Shown here piece after piece: positions 1 through 9,167 of a stretch of 64,000 bases of DNA. The position numbers and the translations under genes were made by a program. The stretch covers positions 32,001-96,000 of the forward strand of contig CAVOYH010000004.1 in NCBI GenBank assembly GCA_963700635.1. Direction: 5' to 3'. The notes beneath the pieces are model-generated. The model did not search any database and had not been told where the DNA came from. It worked only from the letters and a program-made list of their open reading frames with translations. How positions within the stretch are numbered: position 1 is the first letter of the stretch; each line of letters begins with the position of its first letter. The stretch comes from an uncultured Bacteroidota bacterium (GTDB lineage: Bacteria; Bacteroidota; Ignavibacteria; UBA10030; UBA6906).

Positions 1-921
1 TACTACCGGAAAGATTTTTTTGATGCCGCCGGGATTGCCTATCCGGACACGGCCTGGACGTGGGATGATTGTGTTGCGGCAGCACGGGCCCTGACGGTGC
101 GCCGGACCCCTTCGGAACCCCCCTCGCGGTACGGGATCTTCATCGGCAGTCACTTTATTGAAGCCCTCGAAATGATGAACGGAAGTCGGTTTCCTCCTCA
201 TGCCCTTACCGTGACCATCCCGGAGAGCTCCCTTGAAATCTACCGCAAGTATATCGCACTGATGGATGCGGAACTTATGCCTGATGTGCGGCGCATTCAG
301 GCAATGGGAATGCAGGCACCTCAACTCTTGCAGACCGGACGCATAGCCATGCTCGTCGAGGCAGTTCCTCATCAGACGCTCATCGAAACGTTATCGGTGC
401 CCTGGGGACTCGCGCCGCTTCCACGCTTTTCGGGAAAGACGCCTGCATACTTCAGATCGGCAAGCGGCGGACTTTCGGTCTCATCGACGACTGCCGATCC
501 CCGGTCAACGTGGAAAGCGCTCGTCTGGATCATCGGCGGCGCAAGCATCTATCAACCCAACCCGGTACTACGCGACGTAAACTTCGTGTCGGGCTGGGAA
601 CGGCGCTATCCAGCGCTCGTAGGGAGCGGATTCCGGGAAGTGTGGGACCTGAGCCTTGCGCGCAACGGGGGGGATCCTCGATTTTTTGTCCGTTACTCCA
701 CCTGGAGCTCGGGCCCGATACTGGAGAAGTTACAGCCCGTCCTGGACCAACTCTGGGCACGAAAACTTCCGGTTGAAGATCTGAACAAGACTGTACACAC
801 GATTAATGCAAGTGTCCGCATGCAGCTCGAGGGGATCCTCCGACACAGGAACCTCCTCCCTGCATTCCGCGACAACCTCGAGCACGCCATGGAGCAGCTG
901 GATGAGTCACCTGCGCGTTGA
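1..921 (+). CDS. Sugar-binding (family 1 extracellular solute-binding) domain protein, 5' truncated by window
   Basis: Frame is open from base 1: YYRKDFFDAAGIAYPDTAWTWDD matches the YNKDLF-x-AG...WTWD motif of sugar ABC SBPs. GRIAM and WGLAPLP segments follow. Confidence 0.75.
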   Translation, partial: YYRKDFFDAAGIAYPDTAWTWDDCVAAARALTVRRTPSEPPSRYGIFIGSHFIEALEMMNGSRFPPHALTVTIPESSLEIYRKYIALMDAELMPDVRRIQAMGMQAPQLLQTGRIAMLVEAVPHQTLIETLSVPWGLAPLPRFSGKTPAYFRSASGGLSVSSTTADPRSTWKALVWIIGGASIYQPNPVLRDVNFVSGWERRYPALVGSGFREVWDLSLARNGGDPRFFVRYSTWSSGPILEKLQPVLDQLWARKLPVEDLNKTVHTINASVRMQLEGILRHRNLLPAFRDNLEHAMEQLDESPAR

Positions 922-2341
922 ACAGACAGGTCCGGCGGATTGCCGTGTGTGGGCCGGTGAAATACAGCTCGCGGAAATCCGGAATCTCCGGCTTTCATTT
1001 CTGCGCCTCCGCGAACGTGGCGCGCAGCTTGTGGGTACGGACGTGCCACTCCCGCTCTTCTGGGAACAATATGCAGATCACGAAAATCCGGAACGGAATA
1101 CCTCGAGCGGAGCGCGTGTATCCGTTGAACAGCGGGCTGCGTACGACGGACCGGTGTCCGCCATGCAGCACACGGACGAGGATGTATCAGGTGGGCGGAC
1201 GGAATTGATGGACGGGCCGGTGTCGCTTCTCTGCCGGGGAACGACGGCGTCAGGATCAGTTCGCAGCGTCTACCGTCTGACTTTCGCCCGGACAGGCCAG
1301 GCACACTATGATCTTCTCATCCATGCCCGGTTCGAGGTGGTGGAAGGCCTGAGCTGGCTCATTACACCAAATCCTCATCACGGGGAGATAGAATTCTGCA
1401 ACCTCTGGCCGGCAGGATCTTTCTCGGCCATCGGAGGAGAGAGCAAGCGTTATACGACGACAGCAGTCCGGCGGGGCGAACACATTACCTTGATCCCGCA
1501 TAACCATCTGGAATCGGCGGAGAAGCACAATATCCCCCTTCATAAAGGCGACCGCATTGCGTGGCTCCTTGAGGACGAGAACCCGGTGCTTACTCTCGAA
1601 TCGGAGCAGGCTGTTTCAGCCGGACTGTGTGCCTACATGTGGGATATGCATCTTGCCTACAAAGTGTGCGAAGCCGGAACTCCACTTTTGCTGCCGCCCG
1701 GATGTTCGATGGAAGCGCACTTCCGTCTGGCGAGTATGTCGCGGACCGAGTGTGAACATTGGCTGGAGATTGGCAGGAGGGACATTTCCCCTGAAGATGC
1801 ACTGACTCCGGTGTACGTGCGCGGGGTGAATACATTCCGTCAGACGATCGATTCGTCCCCTGAGAAGTCACATCTCCTTTGGCCCTGGGTGTTTCAGGCG
1901 GTGACCGGACCGGCGGGGAGTATCCGCGGGGAGGTCGACAGGTCGGTGGGTTTTGATGACAGTGCGTCTGTTTCCATACGGAGTACGGAGAATTCATCGG
2001 GGCGATGGGTTGCGACCACACTGGGGCCGGCCTTCGGGGACCCTGAATTTCGCTCTGGCAGGCGGTTCCGCCTTTCCGCGCGGGTTCGTACACTCAACCT
2101 GAACGGACAGGCTCGCATCGCCCTCCGGCTGCACAGAACCGGCAGCCCGGATCTCCATCGTCCGGATGGTTATGAAGAATTTGCGGGTGTGGGTGCGGGA
2201 ACCGGAACGTCCGGGTGGCAGGAACTCACCGTTGTCACGCCGCCCATCGTGCCGGAACCGGACCGTATTCACCTCCACCTTTTCCATGAAGGAAGTGGGA
2301 CAAGCTGGTTTGACAATGTCCTTTTCGAGGAGATTGACTGA
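902..2341 (+). CDS. Hypothetical protein with C-terminal CBM4/9-like carbohydrate-binding domain
   Basis: Lies in ORF 806-2341. Likely ATG at 902 after GGAG, overlapping the upstream gene. C-terminal 'FRLSARVRT...GTSGWQELTV...GTSWFDNVLFEE' is CBM4_9-like. Confidence 0.6.
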   Translation: MSHLRVEQTGPADCRVWAGEIQLAEIRNLRLSFLRLRERGAQLVGTDVPLPLFWEQYADHENPERNTSSGARVSVEQRAAYDGPVSAMQHTDEDVSGGRTELMDGPVSLLCRGTTASGSVRSVYRLTFARTGQAHYDLLIHARFEVVEGLSWLITPNPHHGEIEFCNLWPAGSFSAIGGESKRYTTTAVRRGEHITLIPHNHLESAEKHNIPLHKGDRIAWLLEDENPVLTLESEQAVSAGLCAYMWDMHLAYKVCEAGTPLLLPPGCSMEAHFRLASMSRTECEHWLEIGRRDISPEDALTPVYVRGVNTFRQTIDSSPEKSHLLWPWVFQAVTGPAGSIRGEVDRSVGFDDSASVSIRSTENSSGRWVATTLGPAFGDPEFRSGRRFRLSARVRTLNLNGQARIALRLHRTGSPDLHRPDGYEEFAGVGAGTGTSGWQELTVVTPPIVPEPDRIHLHLFHEGSGTSWFDNVLFEEID

Positions 2342-2344
2342 AAA

Positions 2345-4366
2345 ATGAAATCCCGTCGTACATCATTGCCCGTCTCGATCATGGTGTGGAGCATTCATGA
2401 CGAGCTCATCGAAAGCGCCGCCGTGCGCGAACAACAGTTCGGGGACCTTGTTGCAGCCGGATTTGATGGCGTTGCGGCATTCGTTCGATGCAGCAGGTAC
2501 ACCTGGGATACCCCGCTTGCGCGGGCAGCACTCGGCCACATCAGCCGCATGTGCCGCGCGTCGGACAAGCACCTCTGGATTGGTCCTGATCCGCGGTTCA
2601 TATCCCGGGCGCTGATCGGGCAGTGCGGAGGGACGGATCTCCTGTTGTTCGGTGATACCAGTCGCGCCGCAGTCGTACCCAACTTCGGCCCCATCGTCCA
2701 GGATCGTTTTGCTGTCCGGTGCGCTCTGCACCCTCGTCATGTGCACATGTTGAACGAGGTGGCCATTGAATATCAGCCTCTCGAAATCATGCGGGCGTAT
2801 GCGGTCCGGGATGGGAAGAACACATTTCAGCAGGGTGATATCCGGGATATTACGTCGCGCTGCCAGATGTTCTACAATGCGCGGGATCGTTATGTAGAAG
2901 CCTTCGGCGAATTCTCCCCGCCGGACATATCAGCGTGGAAGGTGCTTGTGTTTTTCCGTGTCCGATCGTCTCATGTGGACTACTCCAATCGGGCCCATAT
3001 GCGGGAATATGCGCGCCGCCTGGCTTCGCTCAAAAAGAACGGGATACAGGCGCAGGGATTGATGTGGGATGAGCCAGGATACACATGCACATACGGGAGT
3101 CTGCCGTTCACTCCCGTTCTGCGAAAGGCCTGCGCTGCCGCCCTGGGATTTCCCCTTGAACGGGTACTCTGGAAACTGGCTCTCGATGCTGCTGACGGTT
3201 CCCATGTCCACGTACGCCAATGGTATTATCGTGTCGTCCAACAATCGGTGGTCGATGCCCAGCGGTCGGCCAACAGAGTCATGCGCCGCATCTGGGGACC
3301 GCAATGTGTTGCGGGGATACACGATACATGGCACTTCGAGTCGGCAGATATGTGCGATATGAACCACGGCAGCATGGATCTCTGGAAGGGGGCTGAGACA
3401 AAAAGTGGAGGATTTGTGGATCTCGGAGGGGTGAATGACCTCCGAGAACCGTCATCCCGGCATTACGCAGATCTTGCCGCCCTGAGCGTGATCGCCGCGT
3501 CGCTGGGAAGGTTTACACCGGGTAAGTTTGCGTACAACAACCTGTGGACCGTGGGGGACGATGACGGAGAAGGGTGGCAGGAGACGGTCATGGACCATTG
3601 TGTTAATGTTATGGCCCTTTTCGGGACACGCTGGCTGGCGCACGCCTACGGGCCTGTGGGGACGGTGGGCGAGGAACGGTCGTTTCTGGGATCACCGCCG
3701 CTTCCAGGATATCCCGATCACAGTACCTGGCCGGCTTTTCCGCGCTGGAACAAGAGACTGCAAAGCCATTTTTCTGTTACCGGCGGCCACCTGCCCGAAA
3801 CGAATCTTCTCGTCGTCTATCCTGTGGATACGCTCTACGGGCTGGCGGATGAACGGGCCGATCGTGTCGCTGCAGATGTCTTCACGCTCCTGCTCGCTCT
3901 TGTTGACGCACACTACCAGCCGGACGTGATCTCTCCTGCGCGGGCGGCCCGGGGACGCTGGAAGAATGGCAAGTTCGTGATTGGCCGGTTCTCGTATGAT
4001 GCCGTCATTATGCCGTATACTCCGGATCCACGCAAAGAGCTGGTTTCGCTCTTCCGAAAACATGAATCCAGATTGCTCCACATCGATGATGCACCGCTGG
4101 AGCCGGGCGTGTTCCTGAAAAAAATCGAAACTCTTGGCGTAGACCGGCCAGTCCGGGGCCCGAAGCAGAGCTGGGTGAGTCTCACGCGCCTGCACAATGA
4201 AACCATTGTCACCCTCATTCCTTCACGACACGGGGGTTCCATAGAGGGTTTGGTACGCTATGGCGGCAGCCAGATGAGCGTGCCGCGGTCTGGAGGACTC
4301 GTGATCGTTCGCTTCCGGGATGACCAAGCGCCGGTGCTGGTACAATTGGGGAGCACGGGCGGATGA
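2345..4366 (+). CDS. Hypothetical glycoside hydrolase-like protein (TIM-barrel plus GATase-like domain; GH106/GH42-like layout)
   Basis: 673-aa ORF with 'GLMWDEPG' (possible acid/base) and C-terminal 'LLVVYP...YDAVIMP' trimerisation-like domain. Operon context supports a glycan role. Family assignment is tentative. Confidence 0.5.
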   Translation: MKSRRTSLPVSIMVWSIHDELIESAAVREQQFGDLVAAGFDGVAAFVRCSRYTWDTPLARAALGHISRMCRASDKHLWIGPDPRFISRALIGQCGGTDLLLFGDTSRAAVVPNFGPIVQDRFAVRCALHPRHVHMLNEVAIEYQPLEIMRAYAVRDGKNTFQQGDIRDITSRCQMFYNARDRYVEAFGEFSPPDISAWKVLVFFRVRSSHVDYSNRAHMREYARRLASLKKNGIQAQGLMWDEPGYTCTYGSLPFTPVLRKACAAALGFPLERVLWKLALDAADGSHVHVRQWYYRVVQQSVVDAQRSANRVMRRIWGPQCVAGIHDTWHFESADMCDMNHGSMDLWKGAETKSGGFVDLGGVNDLREPSSRHYADLAALSVIAASLGRFTPGKFAYNNLWTVGDDDGEGWQETVMDHCVNVMALFGTRWLAHAYGPVGTVGEERSFLGSPPLPGYPDHSTWPAFPRWNKRLQSHFSVTGGHLPETNLLVVYPVDTLYGLADERADRVAADVFTLLLALVDAHYQPDVISPARAARGRWKNGKFVIGRFSYDAVIMPYTPDPRKELVSLFRKHESRLLHIDDAPLEPGVFLKKIETLGVDRPVRGPKQSWVSLTRLHNETIVTLIPSRHGGSIEGLVRYGGSQMSVPRSGGLVIVRFRDDQAPVLVQLGSTGG

Positions 4367-6714
4367 TGCCAGTGCCCCGGCATATTGCACGGCTTCCGCT
4401 GACCCGACGCCAAGAGACTTCATCCGCGTACGAGTGCACGCTCCCGACCGGAGAGAAGATCTGGCGCCGGCTTTTGCTGATGATCCAGACCACGACGTAT
4501 CCTCTGGACCACCATTGCAGATATGTGCGACACCGGGGGGAGGAATTTCCCTATACCTTCTCGAACATGCGGTTCGAATCTTCGCCTCCGGGTTTAAGAG
4601 TGGGGCCCTGGCCGGGCTGGAGAGGGATTCCCCCCTTCCCAAAGATTGTAGTGTCTTGGATCGGGGGTCAGACCTCCGCGGTCGTACACTTCTGGGGGGA
4701 CGAAATCACCTGCAAGCACCTCCGGGCGGTGGCCTGGCTTCCGCCGGAATGCGCCGGGATACTGCGTTGCTCAGTACATGACAGCCGACTCCAACCGGAA
4801 TATGCCGATCTCTTTGATGACACGCCGATCCAGCTGCAGCCCATCCCGGTCGCTCTCCGGAAGGCGCTCCAGGGAGTCCATCCCCGTTTGCTGATAACCC
4901 CGGATCTTGTCACCGGGCTCGCGGCAAAGGCCTCCACGACTCACAAGGCTCACTGGGATCGGTTGCACGCTCTGATCGAAAATACGCAACTGCCGCCGGA
5001 ATTGACGCCTGAGTCCAAAACAGTGCCGGGGCCCGAACGGCTCCGTCCGGAAGACCGCGCCATGATCACCGCGCTGTTGGCGGTTGTGGATCCCGGCGCG
5101 TTGAATACCGGCCGCGCCCTCGCTGCCTACAGGGAATTTGTTCGTACGAGCCGGGAACCGGGATACAGTCCGCTGACGATCGATACCCAGGCCGGGGAAA
5201 CTTTATTCCTGCTGGTCCTTGGGTATGACTGGTTGTATTCCCTCCTGGATGAGCGGGAGCGGAGAGATGTGCGTGATTGGCTGTGGACTGTGGCCGCGAG
5301 AGTCCGGGAGTTCCTTCCGAACGATCGCCGGGATATTGCACAGGCGCACTATCTGGGTTGCGCACTGGGGTTGCTCGCATGTGCATTTGCCTTCTGGGAG
5401 GATCATCCGAAAGCGAAACAGTGGGCTGCGGAATTCCGTGGCGCGCTTGATGTGATCATGCGGATGCTGCCCGGGGATGGCTTTCACCCGCACGGGGCTA
5501 ACCTCTGGATTTATGAATATGGATTCCTCCTGCGCTGGCTGGAACTGTACCGCGTGTGCGCGGGCGAGAGCGTCTGGGATGTACCTCACTGGAAACACGC
5601 CTCCGCGTTCAGGTCCGCAGCCCTCTCGCCCGACGGACTCTACGGCATCTCGTTCGGTGATCCCCAATACCGGGTGGGTGGTGATAGCTGGTGCCACTAC
5701 CTGATTGCTTCGCGGACGCGATCCGCGGAGGCTCAGACCGTTGGCGATCTGCTGGTCGAGGGTCCGCACGCCGGCGTGGATTACAGGCACATACCACCCA
5801 GACGCCGGGTGTACGAGTTTTTGTTCTATGACCCAACCGTTTCATCCGAAATCTCCACATCATCGATCAACAACTTCTCCGACGGGGGGCAGCTCATTGC
5901 CCGGGGTGGTGGCAGCGCAGGCGCAGTGTTTACTGCCCGTGCTGGCCTGCCCCTCGGTGCCCAACGCTACCGGGGAGGGGAACGGGGTGGGTACGGACAT
6001 GCAGACCCCTGCAACGGATCGTTTCTCTGGTTCCGGCATGGCGAGTTTGCAGTATCAGGACCGGGACCAACGTATCGGCGCGACTCGGCTCTCCATAATG
6101 TTATCACGTTTGGAGGCCAGGGCCAGATCGGGGATGGAACGGTCTGGCTTCCCGATTTTTTTCCTCCGGCCATTCTCTGCCCGGCCCCACGTGTCCGGAT
6201 CCATGATGAATCTGCTTCTTTTGATGTCGAACTTGCTCCATCCTATCTTCCGCATCTTGGAGTGCAGACGTGCCACAGGGCGATGTGGGTACATCCGGAC
6301 AGCACCATCGTGGGTGTTGACACCGTGGAATGCCGGCAGGCATCGGACATCCAGTGGAACCTCCACAGCTGGGGGAAGTTTGTTCCCGCGGCATCGACGC
6401 AATTGTGTCGGTGGACAATTCACTGCCCCAGGGAAGAATTGTCGCTTTTCCTTCTCCATCCGGACCCGGGGGCGGCCTCGACAGGGTTGACATCGATGGT
6501 ACCGGCATACCCCCACGACGGCAAACGCGACCATTTTCTCCGGTGGCAGGTTCATCGTGCAAGAGTACAACTGTTCTGGTGCCTAACGGCGCTCGACACC
6601 CCGGTGGTTCCCCATGTGACAGTGGAGGATGGCAGTACGTTGATCAGAATAACAAACGACCTTCGCCTGAAATTTTTAGATGGACAGCTTGTCCCCGAGG
6701 GGGGCATATGCTAA
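4363..6714 (+). CDS. Heparinase II/III-like (DUF4962) oligosaccharide lyase
   Basis: HPRLL motif, helical toroid region, 'YGHADPCNGSF' and 'HNVITFGGQGQ' motifs typical of the Hepar_II_III domain. Overlaps the upstream stop. Confidence 0.7.
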   Translation: MMPVPRHIARLPLTRRQETSSAYECTLPTGEKIWRRLLLMIQTTTYPLDHHCRYVRHRGEEFPYTFSNMRFESSPPGLRVGPWPGWRGIPPFPKIVVSWIGGQTSAVVHFWGDEITCKHLRAVAWLPPECAGILRCSVHDSRLQPEYADLFDDTPIQLQPIPVALRKALQGVHPRLLITPDLVTGLAAKASTTHKAHWDRLHALIENTQLPPELTPESKTVPGPERLRPEDRAMITALLAVVDPGALNTGRALAAYREFVRTSREPGYSPLTIDTQAGETLFLLVLGYDWLYSLLDERERRDVRDWLWTVAARVREFLPNDRRDIAQAHYLGCALGLLACAFAFWEDHPKAKQWAAEFRGALDVIMRMLPGDGFHPHGANLWIYEYGFLLRWLELYRVCAGESVWDVPHWKHASAFRSAALSPDGLYGISFGDPQYRVGGDSWCHYLIASRTRSAEAQTVGDLLVEGPHAGVDYRHIPPRRRVYEFLFYDPTVSSEISTSSINNFSDGGQLIARGGGSAGAVFTARAGLPLGAQRYRGGERGGYGHADPCNGSFLWFRHGEFAVSGPGPTYRRDSALHNVITFGGQGQIGDGTVWLPDFFPPAILCPAPRVRIHDESASFDVELAPSYLPHLGVQTCHRAMWVHPDSTIVGVDTVECRQASDIQWNLHSWGKFVPAASTQLCRWTIHCPREELSLFLLHPDPGAASTGLTSMVPAYPHDGKRDHFLRWQVHRARVQLFWCLTALDTPVVPHVTVEDGSTLIRITNDLRLKFLDGQLVPEGGIC

Positions 6715-9146
6715 AACGGCTGGACAACCTTGTTGACCGGTCATGCTGGATTTCCGGCGACCGCATCAATGCCTGCATTGCCGTCGAGGCACACGGTATT
6801 GCCGAGATCGGGTTCCATGGAGCTCAACCGGTCAGCCGGAATTCACGGATGCTGGTCCGGGACGGGGGAGTGCTCTCTCTGTCGATCAGAGATGAGAACG
6901 GGAGAGAGGAACCGGTGCGTTTTGAAACTGTGGAGTGGAGTCCCCACAGGGTGTCTGTGGAACTGTCGCCGTGGGGGAGGAGTATGCATCTTGAGATTCT
7001 GGCGACTGATCGTGTAATCCAGATATCCGTCACAGGGGAAGTGCATGGGTGTTATCTGAAGAGCATGTTCTTTTCGGAAGCGTGCACCACGATGGTCCGG
7101 GGCGAACGTGTCTGGGCAACTCCCCGCGTTCTTGATGGCTGGCTCACACTGCAATGCCATGATCGTATCCGTCTGGCCGATTGGATAAAGCAGAAGGGTC
7201 CATACGCCGGTGATTTTCTGATTCCCGAGTCATGGCGACGGACTATTTTCAGCCGCACGGTTCGTTCGGGTCTTGCCACGGCGGCGGATCTCAAGCCGGA
7301 ATACCGTGATGCCGACATCCCGATCTATGATGCCGGCACGTGGATCCGGATCGGCGCAGAACTTTGTAAGGTTGAACAGAACGTCCATGATATTCAGTTT
7401 CTTACGCCGCTCGCCGAGAGCACATCCCCCGACCCGGCGCTCATCATTTCCTGTGTGGAACACGATCAGCATAAGGTTCTGAGCGGTGCAGGCCAGAAAG
7501 GACTTGCGCAACGGACGAGGGTGGCGCACGAGGAGCTGGCGATGCTGGCCCCACGGCTTGCGGGTGAAACCATTCCGGAACTGGTGGAGTGCTTCAGCAC
7601 TGTCCCCGGCATTGTGCGCTCTTGTACCGTTCGCGAGATGGGAATGACCCGCGCAACGCCGGGGGCATACTACTGGATCTGGGCGTGGGATAATATGGTC
7701 ACCGGAGCGGAAAGTCTTCGGTGGGGCGATTACACTCTCGTTTCTGAGATGACACGCTTCATCACCACACACAGGGATGTGAACGGCTCCATTCCGGCGC
7801 GCTGGACGCGGAGTTCCCAGCCACTTGACACACCGCCGCACGGAGCCATGGAGTTTCTCCTTCTGCAGCTTGTGTACCAGCATGCTCTTGAAACCGGGGA
7901 GCGGCAGAGGTTATTGGATGTTTATCCTTACGCCGTTGCGCTCCTTCATCAATGCGTCGCGTTGTCCGGGGGGACCGGCTTTGTCAGGAATATCAGCTTC
8001 TATCCGGATCACCCGGCCCGGTTCGGGAGAACGGACCGGAGTGTTGTTGCTCTTGAAGCCGGATGCCTGTACGGTCTGGTGCGCATTCTGGAAAATGTGG
8101 CAATTCTTCTGAATGATGACCATGTCCGGGAAACCAGCCGGACCCTGGCCCGGAAGCTTGAGGCCGGTTTTCTGAACGCCTTCTGGGACGACGGGCGCAA
8201 GTTTCTTGTCGATTCATTTGATGGCGAAACGGGAGAACGTAACACGACGTATCCTCTGTTCTCCCTCCTGTTCCTCCAGACGCCTCTCGGACTCTCCCTC
8301 ATCAGAAAGGTCCTCCCGGAGATGGCCGGATTTATGGAACAGCATCTCCAATCGGATAGTGGAACGCAGATGCTCCCCCCCTGGGATATCCGGAGAGGGA
8401 GTGAGGAAGCTGTGGCGTCATGGTATCCCCACTGGGATCTCTACCTTCTCAAGGTGTTGCGGAGATCTGGCAGGAGTGATGGTATCATGCGCTGGGTGCA
8501 CGCCGCCGGAGAGACTCTCCGCCGCCTTGGGTACGTGCCGGAATTTCTTATGCTCGACGGGCTCAGCCAGACCAACCCGGAGACCTGGCGGCGGCACGGC
8601 TCGGTTTCAAATGTGAATTGTCTGACGGGATGGTATCATGGTATTCTGGAAGGTCTCCTCGGACTGGAGTTTGACCCCGGCGGAATGGGCATCGTGCCGC
8701 TCGGGCTCCCGCTGGGACGGCTGACTCTTCGTGGGCTCGTCCATCGGGGTTCACGATGGGACATTCTTGTTGCACAGGAGGGGGAACATCTGGCCGAGAT
8801 GCGAATCGACGGGGAACTCCTCCGGGGAAGCACGAAAGTCCCCGCCCGTTACCATGATACACGTTCTCACGAATTGACGGTGAAGTACGGACCAGCTCCG
8901 GACGAACTCCGTTTCCGTGAAATCCTCAACGCGGAGGTTCTGGAAAGTGAAGGGGGCACACACTCGTGCGCGGTCCGCATACGTGCCCTCGGAACCGTGG
9001 ATATCGTTGTGGATCAGGCGGACACGGTGCACTGTGCAGTGGACGGAAAGCCGGTAGCGATGAGCATTGATCCGGACTCCGGCATCGGAACGTGGCAGGT
9101 TGTTTCTTCACATATACATGTGTTCACAATCCACCGTAAATCCTGA
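6708..9146 (+). CDS. (alpha/alpha)6-barrel glycoside hydrolase-like protein (GH63/amylo-alpha-1,6-glucosidase-like)
   Basis: ATG 6708 after GAGGGGG, within ORF 6330-9146. 'YYWIWAWDNM' resembles the six-hairpin GH W-x-W-D motif. Also 'FWDDGR' and C-terminal 'GLLGLEFD'. Confidence 0.6.
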   Translation: MLKRLDNLVDRSCWISGDRINACIAVEAHGIAEIGFHGAQPVSRNSRMLVRDGGVLSLSIRDENGREEPVRFETVEWSPHRVSVELSPWGRSMHLEILATDRVIQISVTGEVHGCYLKSMFFSEACTTMVRGERVWATPRVLDGWLTLQCHDRIRLADWIKQKGPYAGDFLIPESWRRTIFSRTVRSGLATAADLKPEYRDADIPIYDAGTWIRIGAELCKVEQNVHDIQFLTPLAESTSPDPALIISCVEHDQHKVLSGAGQKGLAQRTRVAHEELAMLAPRLAGETIPELVECFSTVPGIVRSCTVREMGMTRATPGAYYWIWAWDNMVTGAESLRWGDYTLVSEMTRFITTHRDVNGSIPARWTRSSQPLDTPPHGAMEFLLLQLVYQHALETGERQRLLDVYPYAVALLHQCVALSGGTGFVRNISFYPDHPARFGRTDRSVVALEAGCLYGLVRILENVAILLNDDHVRETSRTLARKLEAGFLNAFWDDGRKFLVDSFDGETGERNTTYPLFSLLFLQTPLGLSLIRKVLPEMAGFMEQHLQSDSGTQMLPPWDIRRGSEEAVASWYPHWDLYLLKVLRRSGRSDGIMRWVHAAGETLRRLGYVPEFLMLDGLSQTNPETWRRHGSVSNVNCLTGWYHGILEGLLGLEFDPGGMGIVPLGLPLGRLTLRGLVHRGSRWDILVAQEGEHLAEMRIDGELLRGSTKVPARYHDTRSHELTVKYGPAPDELRFREILNAEVLESEGGTHSCAVRIRALGTVDIVVDQADTVHCAVDGKPVAMSIDPDSGIGTWQVVSSHIHVFTIHRKS

Positions 9147-9167
9147 ATCACACATACGCGAGATATC

